Shown here in pieces: positions 9,023 to 19,384 of a stretch of DNA of 64,000 bases (its first letter is position 1; each line of letters opens with the position of its first letter). This DNA comes from Thermoproteota archaeon (GTDB lineage Archaea > Korarchaeota > Korarchaeia > Korarchaeales > Korarchaeaceae). Below the pieces are notes generated by a model. That model did no database searches, was not told the origin of the DNA, and worked only from the letters and a program-made list of their open reading frames with translations. The stretch is taken from the NCBI GenBank assembly GCA_027491395.1, contig JAOZFI010000039.1, forward strand, positions 51,044 through 115,043, in the 5' to 3' direction. A program made the translations under genes and the position numbers.

Positions 9023-10111
9023 ATGAGAGTGTATTTGGACAACGAACTCTCACCTAGGCCCCCGGACGAGGTCGTAGAGTCCCTCATCCCCTTCTTCAAT
9101 AAGAAGGCCTACGGATCCCCAAAGGTACCACATGAACCCGGTCTGGAGGCTTATCAGTTCATCCAAGAGGTGCTGGAGTACCTGAGCTCCCTGCTAGACT
9201 CCGATGGCGATTTCACGATTGTAGGGAGCGGGACAGAAGCCAATAATCTAGCCTTGAGGGGCATCATCAGGTTCCTCAGTAAGAGGGGTAATCTGGTGAC
9301 TAGTTCGGTTGAGCACAGGAGCGTGCTCGGTCCCCTAGAGGACCTATCCCAAATACTTGAGGTGAGGATGGCTCCAGTCGATGAGGACGGTCATGTAAGG
9401 GTTGAGGAGCTCGAGAGGCTAATTGATAGAGAGACAATTCTGGTCAGCGTCCAGATGGTGAATCAGGAGACTGGAGCGATCCACGATCTGGATGCGATCT
9501 CTGACATAACTAGGGATAAAGGAGTTTTCCTGCACGTGGATGCCTGCGATGCCTTGGGGAGACTGCACATAGATCTATCCAAGGTGGACCTCCTCTCCTT
9601 AAGTGGAAGCAAGATCTACGGCCCCAGAGGAGTCGGTCTCCTTTACGTCAGGGAGGACTTGGATCTGGAGCCTATAATGTCGGGAAGCACTGGGATACAA
9701 CTGCTAACTCCTGTCGATGTAAATATACCTGCTTTGGCGGGTTTCTACAAGGCCTTACAGCTGTTCGGATCCCCCGAAAAATGGGGGGAGGTGAAGAGGA
9801 TGAGGGACAGGATATCTAGGGAGCTGGAGGGTACAGGTGTGGTAATGAATAGTCCACCGGACTCGATTGACACTATTAACTTTTCAGTGAGGGAGGGAGC
9901 CGGAGCCCTCATACTAGAGGCGAGTACACGCGGACTCTACCTGTCTCAGGGCACCTCCGAGCCAGTGAGCTACGTGCTCACCGCCATGGGGAGGGCTAGG
10001 AAGCTAGCCGCTAACGGCCTCGTGTTAAAGCTTCATCCATATATGAGGTGGGAGGAGGTCGAATTCACGATTGAAGTATTGAGCGACTTGCTGGGTGAGA
10101 AGAAAGCGTGA
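9023..10111 (+). CDS. NifS/IscS-fold class V PLP protein lacking the catalytic cysteine
   Basis: YLDN, SGTEANN, EHRSV, NQETG, HVDA, SGSKIYGPRG motifs; SGSAC motif absent. Confidence 0.8.
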   Translation: MRVYLDNELSPRPPDEVVESLIPFFNKKAYGSPKVPHEPGLEAYQFIQEVLEYLSSLLDSDGDFTIVGSGTEANNLALRGIIRFLSKRGNLVTSSVEHRSVLGPLEDLSQILEVRMAPVDEDGHVRVEELERLIDRETILVSVQMVNQETGAIHDLDAISDITRDKGVFLHVDACDALGRLHIDLSKVDLLSLSGSKIYGPRGVGLLYVREDLDLEPIMSGSTGIQLLTPVDVNIPALAGFYKALQLFGSPEKWGEVKRMRDRISRELEGTGVVMNSPPDSIDTINFSVREGAGALILEASTRGLYLSQGTSEPVSYVLTAMGRARKLAANGLVLKLHPYMRWEEVEFTIEVLSDLLGEKKA

Positions 10112-10134
10112 AGAGGACGAGTTCTCACGGATCA

Positions 10135-10177
10135 TTTCACATATGAAAAAAGGAAACTATTTCAAATATACTTTGAA
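10135..10177. promoter_or_regulatory. Two palindromes in the malic enzyme promoter (candidate operators)
   Basis: TTTCA-CATA-TGAAA (10135-10148) and TTCAAA-TATAC-TTTGAA (10161-10177), the second lying over the AT-rich promoter core. Confidence 0.4.
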
Positions 10178-10184
10178 CTGAACC

Positions 10185-11579
10185 ATGGTGCCCCATATGT
10201 CCGAGCACAAGCCGACTGTTGAGGAGCTTCTTAAGAAGGCTGAAAAGCCTTCCAAGCTAGCCCTTGCATATCACCCATTTTATGAGGGCAAGGTCCAGGT
10301 CATGCCCAAATGTGTCGTCAGGGATGTGGACGACTTTGCCATATGGTATACGCCCGGAGTTGCAGCCTCGTGCAAGGTGATAAAGGAGGATCCCGAGCAG
10401 TCCTTCTACCATACCAACAGGTGGAATTACGTTGCCGTCGTGAGCGACGGCACCAGAGTTCTGGGCCTCGGCAATATAGGTCCGGAAGCAGGTCTACCCG
10501 TGATGGAGGGTAAGGCCCTCCTGTTCAAGTATCTAGGGGGCGTTGATGCCTTTCCACTGGTTGTTAGGGCTCACAAGCCAGATGAGATGCTCAAACTCTT
10601 GGAATGGATCGAGCCCAACTTTGGTGGGATCAATTTGGAGGATATAGAGAAGCCGAAATGCTATTACGTGCTGGAAGAAGCTAGAAAAAGGTTGGAAATT
10701 CCCGTATGGCACGATGATCAGCAGGGCACAGCAACTGTAGTCTATGCGGGTCTAAAGAATGCATTTAAACTAGTTGGTAAGGATATGAAGCAATCTAAAA
10801 TAGTATTCTATGGAGCGGGGGCTGCTAACCTGAGAAGTGCAATAGTCTTGATAAAGGCAGGCGTTCCACCTAAGAACATAGTAATGATAGACAGCAAAGG
10901 GCCTCTCTACAGGGATAGACCAGACATGGAGAGTATAAAGGAGAAAGATCCATGGAAATACGATCTGACCATGAAGACCAACGGAGAAAACGCGAAAACC
11001 ATAGAAGAGGCATTCAAGGGAGCTGATGCCTTGGTAGCCATGAGCAAGCCTGGGCCGGGAGTGGTTAAGAAGGAATGGATAAAGTTGATGAATGACGATC
11101 CCATAGTATTCGCTTGTGCGAATCCAATACCTGAGATATGGCCATGGGAGGCCAAGGAGGCCGGAGCTAAGATAGTAGCTACGGGCAGGAGCGACTTCCC
11201 GAATCAAGTGAACAATAGCCTCGGATTCCCCGCCATATTCAGAGGGGTCCTAGATGTCAGAGCTAAAACTATAACAGACGAGATGTGCATAGCCGCTGGA
11301 GATGCTTTAGCCAAGTTCGCTGAGGAAAAGGGGATACATGAAGACTATATAATCCCAACCATGGACGAGTGGGAGGTCTACCCAATCGAGGCCGTTGCTG
11401 CAGCTGAGCAGTCCATCAAACAAGGAGTTGCTAGGAAGATCCTCAGCAGGAACGAGCTCTACGAGAGGGCGGTGAATATAATCAAGAATGCCAGAGAAGC
11501 AACTAAGCTTCTCATGGAGAAGGGCCTGATACCCTCACCGCCTCCCGAGGAGGAGGTCTTGGAGAGCTACGGCCCGTAA
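10185..11579 (+). CDS. mae: NAD(P)-dependent malic enzyme
   Basis: [58 protein letters not shown]. Confidence 0.95.
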   Translation: MVPHMSEHKPTVEELLKKAEKPSKLALAYHPFYEGKVQVMPKCVVRDVDDFAIWYTPGVAASCKVIKEDPEQSFYHTNRWNYVAVVSDGTRVLGLGNIGPEAGLPVMEGKALLFKYLGGVDAFPLVVRAHKPDEMLKLLEWIEPNFGGINLEDIEKPKCYYVLEEARKRLEIPVWHDDQQGTATVVYAGLKNAFKLVGKDMKQSKIVFYGAGAANLRSAIVLIKAGVPPKNIVMIDSKGPLYRDRPDMESIKEKDPWKYDLTMKTNGENAKTIEEAFKGADALVAMSKPGPGVVKKEWIKLMNDDPIVFACANPIPEIWPWEAKEAGAKIVATGRSDFPNQVNNSLGFPAIFRGVLDVRAKTITDEMCIAAGDALAKFAEEKGIHEDYIIPTMDEWEVYPIEAVAAAEQSIKQGVARKILSRNELYERAVNIIKNAREATKLLMEKGLIPSPPPEEEVLESYGP

Positions 11580-11669
11580 TTTCTCTCCTATTTTTCGAGC
11601 CCTCTTACTCCGGGGAGCCCCGCCAGCTGCATACAGTTCACTTTTTAACGCTGGGTGTCCTCCTAGCTT

Positions 11670-13280
11670 ATGCGGCTAAGCTTCGCAGCATTACTGACAC
11701 TCTTGCTCGCATCACAAGCCCTCCCAATCCAAGCATCCCCGCAGGGTCTTAAGATCCTAATAATAGCCAACGAGTTCGATTCCAAGGCCGCAGATGTATT
11801 GAAGGCGGCCCTCTTGGAGCTTGGCATGAAAGTGGAGAGGTCCACTAAGCCTTCTGATGGTTACGAGCTCTATTTCGTCCTAGGTGGGCCGCTTGCTAAG
11901 GATGTGGGACACCTCTCTAGGAAGCTGCTACCTCGAGAGGAGTCACAAGCTCTCATGAATGTTAGGGGGTACTGGACTTTTGTCCTCTCTTCCATTGATG
12001 GGAGGGACGCTCTGGTCATCGCGGGTCACACTAGAAAGGAGACCCTACAAGCCGTCAAGTCCCTCCTAGACAAAGGGATTGTGGACTTCGTGGTTGATAG
12101 GGAGGTGAGGATAGCACCCCCTCTCTCTGAAAAAGAGATGAGGAATACTACCTCGCTTCACTTCAAGTGGAGGTTCCCCCCCAAGGTGGGCAAGGACTAC
12201 GAGTTCTCTCTAGATGTTCCCTTACCTCTAATAGATTTCTTTAAGGTCAAACCGAGGATGAAAGTGGTCGAGTTCAATGAGAGCAAAGAGACCCTGATAT
12301 TCACGTGGTACCTGATGGTCAGGACGCCCCACGACGATCCTTACATCTCCAAACTAGTAGAAAAGCTCGAATCCATTGCAGAGAGCGAGGGAATGGACGA
12401 GTATAGGAAGCTCTGGTTCGTCGCCTCCTTCGTCCAGAGCCTGAAGTACTCGTTAGCAAACGAGTTCTCCCCCACCGGGGATTACCCCAGCTACCCGTTA
12501 GAGACCCTTTACAGGGGTAACGGCGATTGCGAGGACCTATCAATACTCCTCATATCCCTCTACGAGCAAATGGGCTACAAGTCAGCCCTTCTGATAATGC
12601 CCACCCACGCTGCGGCCGCTGTATCCATGAATCCTGAACTGGTGAGGTGGCCTCGTGTCAGGGCTGATGTGATAGACTTTGAGGGGACACCAGTTGTTCT
12701 CGTTGATCTTCTAGATCTCCAGAGAAAATTGGAGGAGGGACCAGCTTCCTTGGAATTCGAACTAGGTGGGACGAGCTACTTCTACGTGGAGACCACTAAC
12801 TTCTTCATGCCAGGCGAGATTCCTGATCTGACGTGGCTGGCCGATCAAATAGGCTGGTACTACAGGGAATTCCCCCTCTTCGTCGTGAGCACGGAGGGAG
12901 TCTCCGTTCCACTCATAGCCAACTACATCATAGCCACTAGGAGGATAGGAGACGGGTACGGGGTTACGGTTATAGTCAAGGTAGCCAACGTGGGTGATAG
13001 GGAAACGGTTCCCCTCAGACTGGAAGCTCAACTCTACCCCCTAAGCCAGGTGAAGGTTGGAGGGAACGATCCCCACCTCGTGAGACTCGGGGAAGCTGGC
13101 GATAGGTTGACCTTGGACAGGAAGGTCGAGCTGGTGGATGTGGGTTCCTTGAAATCGGGTACTGTAAAGACGATAGTGATCAACTTCTATACCGTGGTCT
13201 CAAAGATGGGCGCAGGCATCACTCTGAAGTACCAAGATTCGGATCTGGATTTCATCAGGATAAGGCCGTTCAATCCGTGA
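11670..13280 (+). CDS. Secreted transglutaminase-like (Cys-His) surface protein with an N-terminal S-layer/CWB2-like domain
   Basis: Signal peptide; GDCED nucleophile motif, PTHAA, YVETT; VLGG..IAGHTRKET domain. Confidence 0.7.
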   Translation: MRLSFAALLTLLLASQALPIQASPQGLKILIIANEFDSKAADVLKAALLELGMKVERSTKPSDGYELYFVLGGPLAKDVGHLSRKLLPREESQALMNVRGYWTFVLSSIDGRDALVIAGHTRKETLQAVKSLLDKGIVDFVVDREVRIAPPLSEKEMRNTTSLHFKWRFPPKVGKDYEFSLDVPLPLIDFFKVKPRMKVVEFNESKETLIFTWYLMVRTPHDDPYISKLVEKLESIAESEGMDEYRKLWFVASFVQSLKYSLANEFSPTGDYPSYPLETLYRGNGDCEDLSILLISLYEQMGYKSALLIMPTHAAAAVSMNPELVRWPRVRADVIDFEGTPVVLVDLLDLQRKLEEGPASLEFELGGTSYFYVETTNFFMPGEIPDLTWLADQIGWYYREFPLFVVSTEGVSVPLIANYIIATRRIGDGYGVTVIVKVANVGDRETVPLRLEAQLYPLSQVKVGGNDPHLVRLGEAGDRLTLDRKVELVDVGSLKSGTVKTIVINFYTVVSKMGAGITLKYQDSDLDFIRIRPFNP

Positions 13281-13289
13281 GGTGATCAG

Positions 13290-14384
13290 ATGGCCGGGGA
13301 CATGCTGGGGAGAGAGCTGCGCTTGATATCTTTCGGAGAGAGCCACGGAGGTGTGGTGGGAGCCGTTGTGGAGGGAGTCCCCGCTGGGCTCCCACTGGAT
13401 GAGTCTGATGTGCAGGAGCTGCTCGATCTAAGGAGGCCCGGCCAGTCCGAGTACACCACTAGCAGGTCGGAGTCAGATAGGGTGGTGATCCTCAGCGGGG
13501 TCTTCAGGGGGAGAACCACAGGTGCTCCGATCGCGATGATAGTGCGGAACGAGGACATCGTTTCCTCCTATTACGAGGAGTTCCTGAGGACCCCAAGGCC
13601 CGGACATGCTGATTACGTGGCTAGGCTCAAGTACGGGGGCTACAACGATTACAGAGGTGGGGGTAGGTTCTCAGGTCGAATGACCATCTCGATGTGCATG
13701 GGGGGAGCTATAGCGAGGAAGCTCCTTAAGAGTATCGGGACGGAGATTATAGCTTACTCGCTGGAGATAGGGGGAGAAAGGGCATCAGACTTCACGCTGG
13801 ACGAGGCTAAGGAGTACAGGTATAGGAACCCAGTTAGGGCCCCCAACGAGGAGAGCTACAAGAGGATGGCCGAAGCCATAGAGAGTGCCAGAAGGGAGGG
13901 GGATAGTGTGGGAGGGGTGGTTGAAGCCGTAGCTCTGAATGTGCCACCCGGTTTGGGCGAACCTCTCTTCGATACCATAGAGGGCGATGTGGCGAAGGCC
14001 ATGTTCTCCATACCGGCTGTCAAGGGAGTGGAGTTCGGCTCTGGCTTCAAAGCGGCGAGGATGAAGGGATCGGAGCACAACGATCCGCTGGTAATAAGGG
14101 ATGGGAAGGTGGCTTACGCCAAGAACGATCACGGTGGTGTCATAGGCGGCATTACCACAGGAGAGCCGGTCTTGGTCAGGGTCGCCTTCAAGCCCACCTC
14201 GTCCATAGCCAAGCCACAGCGTACTGTGGACCTTGAGGAGATGAGGGATGTGGAGATAAGGGTTAAAGGGAGGCACGATCCATGCATTGTGCCGAGGGCT
14301 GTAGTGGTGGTCGAGAGCATGCTGGCCTTCGTGCTAGCCGATCACGCGATCAGGGCCGGCCTCATACCCAAGGTGCTGAGGTGA
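13290..14384 (+). CDS. aroC: Chorismate synthase
   Basis: GESHG, RRPGQS, PRPGHAD, GGGRFSGR, GGITTG, GRHDPC signatures. Confidence 0.97.
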   Translation: MAGDMLGRELRLISFGESHGGVVGAVVEGVPAGLPLDESDVQELLDLRRPGQSEYTTSRSESDRVVILSGVFRGRTTGAPIAMIVRNEDIVSSYYEEFLRTPRPGHADYVARLKYGGYNDYRGGGRFSGRMTISMCMGGAIARKLLKSIGTEIIAYSLEIGGERASDFTLDEAKEYRYRNPVRAPNEESYKRMAEAIESARREGDSVGGVVEAVALNVPPGLGEPLFDTIEGDVAKAMFSIPAVKGVEFGSGFKAARMKGSEHNDPLVIRDGKVAYAKNDHGGVIGGITTGEPVLVRVAFKPTSSIAKPQRTVDLEEMRDVEIRVKGRHDPCIVPRAVVVVESMLAFVLADHAIRAGLIPKVLR

Positions 14385-14389
14385 AGTTA

Positions 14390-15733
14390 ATGGAGGACCT
14401 GAGAGCGAGGGTGAGGGAGGTAACCCTCAGGTTAGTGGAGTTGTATGCCGAGAGAATGTCCTTGATCAGGCAGATAGCTGAGTTGAAGAGGGAGAGAGGC
14501 CTTCCAGTCAAAGACGAGGCCGTGGAGACCAAGCTTTGGGACGAGGTTTCAGCCAAGTGTAAGGAGAGGGGGCTGGATCAGCTGGATTGCAGGAGGATCT
14601 TCAGCTTCCTGATCTCCTCCTCCATCAGAGCTCAAATCCCGGAGGGCGGCGGAGCAGGACCGCACGTGGAGGTCTTCAGGAGGGCCAAGGAGATCGAGAG
14701 GTCCGGCACGAAGGTGTACCACCTCGAGGTGGGCGAGCCTCCGTGGTCCTTTCCGCCAGCGGTCTTTGATTCCTTAGTGGAGGCCATAAAGAGGGGGGAG
14801 ACCAGATACAGCACCCCAACTGGCACCTTCAGGTTCAGGGAAGCTGCCTCCGAGTGGCTCTCACGCAGGGACGGCATTGACGCCAATCCGGAGGAGGTAA
14901 TACCCACGCCGGGATCCAAGTACGCGATCTTCTCTATATTGTCCACCTTCCTCAGACCGGGTGACAGGGTGGGGGTACTGCTCCCTGCCTGGCCTGCCTA
15001 CAGGGGAATGGCGTCTCATCTCTCCTTGGAGATGATCGAGATCGATTCGACTGAGGAGGTCGAGAAGCTTGAGGGCGTCAGAGCCTTCATCCTTTGCTCT
15101 CCCAACAATCCCGATGGGAAGGTGTGGTCCAAGAAGGAGCTTGAATCCCTGGCAGAGGTTTTGAGGGAGACGGGTGCACTTCTAATCAGCGACGACGCGT
15201 ATGCGGAGTTATCGTTCTCGGAGAGGGTTCCCCCCTCTAGGGTGTACGAGAACACCATATCGGTGAACACCCTGTCGAAGGCTTTCGGAATGACCGGCTT
15301 CAGGCTGGGATACGTGCATGGGAATGAGGAGAAGGTGAAGAAACTGGCCAAGTTCATCGGCCTGACGATCACGAATGTCCCTGAGTTCATCCAAGAGGCT
15401 GGAGCTTCGGCCTTGGAGTCAGCTGGCGACTGGATTCCTAGGGTGATGGAGCACCTGATCTCCTACCTTGACTTGGCCATGAGGAAACTCGAGGGAGCTC
15501 CTCTCAAGATGAACAGACCTGATGGAGCACTATATCTCTTCCCAAGGGTGGAGCTCGATGACTTCGACTCGATGTACTTCGCGTTCAGACTGTTGGAGGA
15601 TAAGAAGATAGCTGTCGCACCCGGATCGGGGTTCGGTCCCTACAAAGACAGGCTGAGGATCACTTACGCCAGTCCCGATGCAGATAAGGGATTGAGACTC
15701 CTAAGGGAGGCCCTACAGTCTTGGAAGTCCTAG
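14390..15733 (+). CDS. Chorismate mutase (AroQ) fused to a class I/II aminotransferase
   Basis: N-terminal LRARV..ERMSL..IAELK..PVKD..E, then LEVGEP, SPNNPDG, DDAY, SKAFGMTGFRLG; start ATG 14390. Confidence 0.85.
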   Translation: MEDLRARVREVTLRLVELYAERMSLIRQIAELKRERGLPVKDEAVETKLWDEVSAKCKERGLDQLDCRRIFSFLISSSIRAQIPEGGGAGPHVEVFRRAKEIERSGTKVYHLEVGEPPWSFPPAVFDSLVEAIKRGETRYSTPTGTFRFREAASEWLSRRDGIDANPEEVIPTPGSKYAIFSILSTFLRPGDRVGVLLPAWPAYRGMASHLSLEMIEIDSTEEVEKLEGVRAFILCSPNNPDGKVWSKKELESLAEVLRETGALLISDDAYAELSFSERVPPSRVYENTISVNTLSKAFGMTGFRLGYVHGNEEKVKKLAKFIGLTITNVPEFIQEAGASALESAGDWIPRVMEHLISYLDLAMRKLEGAPLKMNRPDGALYLFPRVELDDFDSMYFAFRLLEDKKIAVAPGSGFGPYKDRLRITYASPDADKGLRLLREALQSWKS

Positions 15734-16509
15734 TTGTGGGAGCTGGAGCCTTGGGCAGCGTCTTGGCAGAGTACTTGGTTAGAGAGCATTCGGTCTCAGT
15801 GTACGATGTAGATAAAGGGAGATCTTCTCGACTGGCTGATCGGATAGGAGGTAGACCTATAGAGAGCTTGGGAAGTCCCCTCTTGTACGATGTGGTGGTA
15901 ATCTCCGTTCCTATCTCTGCGACCCCCTCGGTGATTCGAGATGTATCCTCCAAGATGAATGGGGGAACGATAGTCGAGGTCTCGTCGGTCAAGTCGCATG
16001 TGGTTCCTTCGATGAGGGAGGCCAGTGGAAGGGGCATAGAGACTGTATCCATTCACCCTCTCTTCGGACCCGGACTAAGTGATCTATCTAGGGGGAGAGC
16101 AGCCCTTATCCCTATCGTCAACGCGGAGAGGGAACTAGAGATATCATCCTCCCTCTTCCCATTTGAACACGTGATTGTGAGCGTCGAGGATCATGATAGG
16201 GCCATGGCATGGCTAGCCCTCGTTCATCTCATCCTACACGCCTTCCTCTCATCCTCCGAAGGTGAGGCCGAGGTAATCAAGTCGCTCGAGACAACGACCC
16301 TTAGGTGGTTCCTTAGACTGGGCGCTTCCTCACTACTCCAGAGTGAATCCCTGACGGAAGACCTCGTTAAGGAGAACCCGTACTTTCAGGAAGTGCTAGA
16401 TCGCTTCTTAAGCTCGATGAGCCGGGATGTGGGGCAACTCAGGAAAAGGCTGAGGAGGTGGATAGACCTCCTCGATCTCGAATCGTCCTACAGATCCCTT
16501 TACGGATGA
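15721..16509 (+). CDS. tyrA: Prephenate/arogenate dehydrogenase
   Basis: GAGALG Rossmann motif, SSVK, HPLFGP, HDRAMA; in the aro operon. Confidence 0.88.
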   Translation: MEVLVVGAGALGSVLAEYLVREHSVSVYDVDKGRSSRLADRIGGRPIESLGSPLLYDVVVISVPISATPSVIRDVSSKMNGGTIVEVSSVKSHVVPSMREASGRGIETVSIHPLFGPGLSDLSRGRAALIPIVNAERELEISSSLFPFEHVIVSVEDHDRAMAWLALVHLILHAFLSSSEGEAEVIKSLETTTLRWFLRLGASSLLQSESLTEDLVKENPYFQEVLDRFLSSMSRDVGQLRKRLRRWIDLLDLESSYRSLYG

Positions 16510-16516
16510 GGGTCAC

Positions 16517-17458
16517 TCACTCCTCTATCTCGGCGGGATCATCATCGGTGCTCGGCTCTACTTCCTCCTCCAGTATTTTCTGAACGAACACAGGATGCTG
16601 GAACAGGGAATGATGCATCTCAGGTGAGTAGAACTTCGTCCTCCCCTCCAATCCCCTCTCCCTGAACCTCCTCGCTAGAATCTCAGTCTCTACATCTGGA
16701 GGTACCACGTAGTTAGATCCGAAGGAAAACGTCCAATCGTCGGTGAACGATGGGATATAGGCTCTCGCCAAAGCATACTTGGGGAACACCTCCCTTATGG
16801 CCCTGTACACCCTTTGGAAAGCCAACCTGTTTATGTGCAGTCCGGTGCTGTGAGTTACCATGAGGCCGCCCTCCCTCAGGATATTCCTCACCTTTCCGTA
16901 GAACTCCCTAGTGTATAGCCTGGCGGCCTGCCCATAGGGGTCAGTCAGGTCGAGGATGACCACATCGAACTTCTCCTCCACACTTTCCACGTAAGCCCTC
17001 CCATCACCGATCACAAGCTTCAGCCTGTCGTCATCGAAGGCACCAGCCGGTACCTCTGGTAGATGCCTCGTCACCAGATCTATGACCGATCTGTCCAGTT
17101 CCACCATGGTGACCTCCTCAACGGGATGCTTTAGTACCTCTCTCAGGGCTCCTCCATCTCCTCCACCTATTATCAGGACCCTCTCAGGCCTCTCAACAGA
17201 TAGTAAAGCCGGATGAACGAGGGTCTCGTGATAGATGAACTCATCGTACAGGGAGAGCATCACTATGTGCTCTATGAAGAGCGACCTCCCGTAGAACGGG
17301 AAATCAACTACCTCCACCAGTTGTCCCGCTTTACTCTGCTCTGAGGAGACGACCCTCTCCACGGGCGTCAGAGTGGCGAGGTTAGGACCAGCGTGCTCCA
17401 AGTAAAGAAGGATCCCATCGATGGTGCGCAGCCCGGGCTTCGGCAGCTTGGGGGACAT
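16517..17458 (-). CDS. speE: Polyamine aminopropyltransferase (spermidine synthase family)
   Basis: DEFIYHE, IIGGGDGG, VELD, DLTDP. Confidence 0.92.
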   Translation of the reverse strand: MSPKLPKPGLRTIDGILLYLEHAGPNLATLTPVERVVSSEQSKAGQLVEVVDFPFYGRSLFIEHIVMLSLYDEFIYHETLVHPALLSVERPERVLIIGGGDGGALREVLKHPVEEVTMVELDRSVIDLVTRHLPEVPAGAFDDDRLKLVIGDGRAYVESVEEKFDVVILDLTDPYGQAARLYTREFYGKVRNILREGGLMVTHSTGLHINRLAFQRVYRAIREVFPKYALARAYIPSFTDDWTFSFGSNYVVPPDVETEILARRFRERGLEGRTKFYSPEMHHSLFQHPVFVQKILEEEVEPSTDDDPAEIEE

Positions 17459-17495
17459 AGGGCTCCTTATCCAGCCGGACTTAAAAATATGGTCA

Positions 17496-18563
17496 CTAGA
17501 GGAGGGATTTGGAGAGGAGCTCGGCTATGGAGTCTACATACTCCTCATCTATGAACCCCTCCTCCTGCAGGATAGCTAGTTCACCGTAAACGATCTCCCT
17601 CAGGTCCTCAGACAGGAGGTTACTTCCCCACTCTATCCTGTCCACCCTGATTATTGAGGAGAATCTCCTGTTCACCTCGGTCTCGTCGAAGAGTGAATCG
17701 AACCTCCCAAGGAGGTCCTTGACCCTGTGGGTCAGTCCCGGGGTCTTGAACCTGAGATTGGATACTAGAAATCTCCTCCTAGCCTTTCCCTTTGTCTCGA
17801 CCAGATAGACTGGTAAGAGAATCTCCCCTATGGGGGGCGCGGATCTCAGCGTGCTGACCAGTTCCTCATACGCCCTCGCAGCGCCTTCTATCCTCGAAAT
17901 CAGAGAAGAGCACGCCCCCTCTATTCGGCTCCTCTCGTGCTGATACTCTCTCCTGAGGCTCGAGTCCGGTGGATACCTCTCAATCCACAAGTCCAGCTCC
18001 CTCACCATCTCATCGCAGGAGAACCTCACCTCAGACGCGAGTCGAGTGAGCCTCCTAAGGGAGGACTCCAGCTCGTCAAGCCTGCCCATCAGGGACCTAA
18101 CCTCTCTGGAGGAGAGGGGATCGCATTCGCGGCTGACTTGGAAGCACAGGTCAACTTCGGTCGTCCTACTCAGCAGAGGGAACAGGAAGCTGGGGGCGAT
18201 TCCCTCTAATCTCACCTCCTCACTTGGGGGCCTGAAGGAAGATAAGGCGGACACTCTAGATGCGAAAGTCCTGTGATCCAAGGCAGTTCTCAGCGTGGAG
18301 AGGGCTGACTCCCAAGCTCTCACATCTTCCAACCTGTAGACAGGTTCTAGGGAGCAGACCCTGTCTATCACCACCGAGAGCCCATCCGCTGAGACTCCCT
18401 TAAGGGGAACGTACCCCAACCTAATGGAGTCGAGGACCTCCTCTTTCCTGCTGAACAGACCTTTCTTCTTCCTCTTCTCCTGTATGAAAGAGAGTATGGC
18501 CGTCAAGTGAGCCGCCAGATTATGTCTGGGATAATCCAATAGTATGTTCACGACCTCGGCCAT
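17496..18563 (-). CDS. Hypothetical protein with a central coiled-coil
   Basis: 355-aa ORF overlapping the upstream gene, typical codon usage; no motif recognised. Confidence 0.65.
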   Translation of the reverse strand: MAEVVNILLDYPRHNLAAHLTAILSFIQEKRKKKGLFSRKEEVLDSIRLGYVPLKGVSADGLSVVIDRVCSLEPVYRLEDVRAWESALSTLRTALDHRTFASRVSALSSFRPPSEEVRLEGIAPSFLFPLLSRTTEVDLCFQVSRECDPLSSREVRSLMGRLDELESSLRRLTRLASEVRFSCDEMVRELDLWIERYPPDSSLRREYQHERSRIEGACSSLISRIEGAARAYEELVSTLRSAPPIGEILLPVYLVETKGKARRRFLVSNLRFKTPGLTHRVKDLLGRFDSLFDETEVNRRFSSIIRVDRIEWGSNLLSEDLREIVYGELAILQEEGFIDEEYVDSIAELLSKSLL

Positions 18564-19384
18564 CTCGATCTCTCCTCCAGTACACCAAGTTCCCTCACCA
18601 GCTCATCTGGTATCCTCCATCCAACCGATCCAGCTAACTCCTCCACATGATCTACGCGGGATGCCTTCGGAATTGCTACAACCATCGGCTTGGATATGAG
18701 CCAGTTTATCGCCACCTGAGCTGGGGTCTTTCCCAGCCTAGCAGCTATCACCTTCAGCTTCTGGGGTGGTCTCTTCGCCAGTCTCCCCCTGTCTAGAGGG
18801 CTGTACGCCATGAGGGTTATTCTCTCCCTCTGACAGTAGGGAAGCAAGTCCTCCTCGGGTTCCCTCACCCTAAGGCTGTACTCCACCTGATTGGTCACCA
18901 CGTCATTATGCTCCAGCAGTTCCCTAGCTCTCTTCAACAGATCTAGTGAGAAGTTGCTCACCCCGATGTATCTCACGATGCCCTCGCTAATCAGCTCCTC
19001 CATCGCCCTCAGCGTTTCCTCGAGCGGGTAGGATAGATTCGGCCAGTGGATGAGGTATATATCGATGTATGTACCGAGCCTCGCAGCGCTGGCCCTAGCT
19101 GCCCTCTTCACCGAATCGTACGCTAGGTTGGTCCCCCATACCTTGGTGACGATGGTGAGGGACTCCCTGTCGAAAGGTTTTATGGCCTCGCCAACCAGTT
19201 CCTCAGCCTTTCCCCACCCGTACATCTCCGCCGTGTCTATGAGCGTCATCCCCAGTTCAATGCCCCTCCTAAGCGCAGCTATTGCTTCCTCCTTGGGAGC
19301 TGCTTCTATCTGGTAAGTGCCGAGGCCCACCTTGGGTATCTTAACATCTGTACCGTCAAGCTCCTCGTATTCCACGGGGATCAC
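18548..19384 (-). CDS. Aldo/keto reductase
   Basis: GLGT, IDTAEMYG, TK, LIHWP, IGVSNF, NQVEYS, IPKA. Confidence 0.93.
   Translation of the reverse strand: MIPVEYEELDGTDVKIPKVGLGTYQIEAAPKEEAIAALRRGIELGMTLIDTAEMYGWGKAEELVGEAIKPFDRESLTIVTKVWGTNLAYDSVKRAARASAARLGTYIDIYLIHWPNLSYPLEETLRAMEELISEGIVRYIGVSNFSLDLLKRARELLEHNDVVTNQVEYSLRVREPEEDLLPYCQRERITLMAYSPLDRGRLAKRPPQKLKVIAARLGKTPAQVAINWLISKPMVVAIPKASRVDHVEELAGSVGWRIPDELVRELGVLEERSRWPRS

Noticed and set aside
10600-11350. Visibly more A/T-rich coding in the malic enzyme gene as evidence of horizontal transfer
   Set aside because: Judged by eye only, with no mobility signature; it needs a computed GC3/codon analysis.
14282-14389. N-terminal extensions in the ORF track (also 2385-2516, 43372-43557, 52238-52390)
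   Set aside because: They overlap upstream genes extensively; downstream starts with an SD or stop/start overlap fit the domain boundaries.
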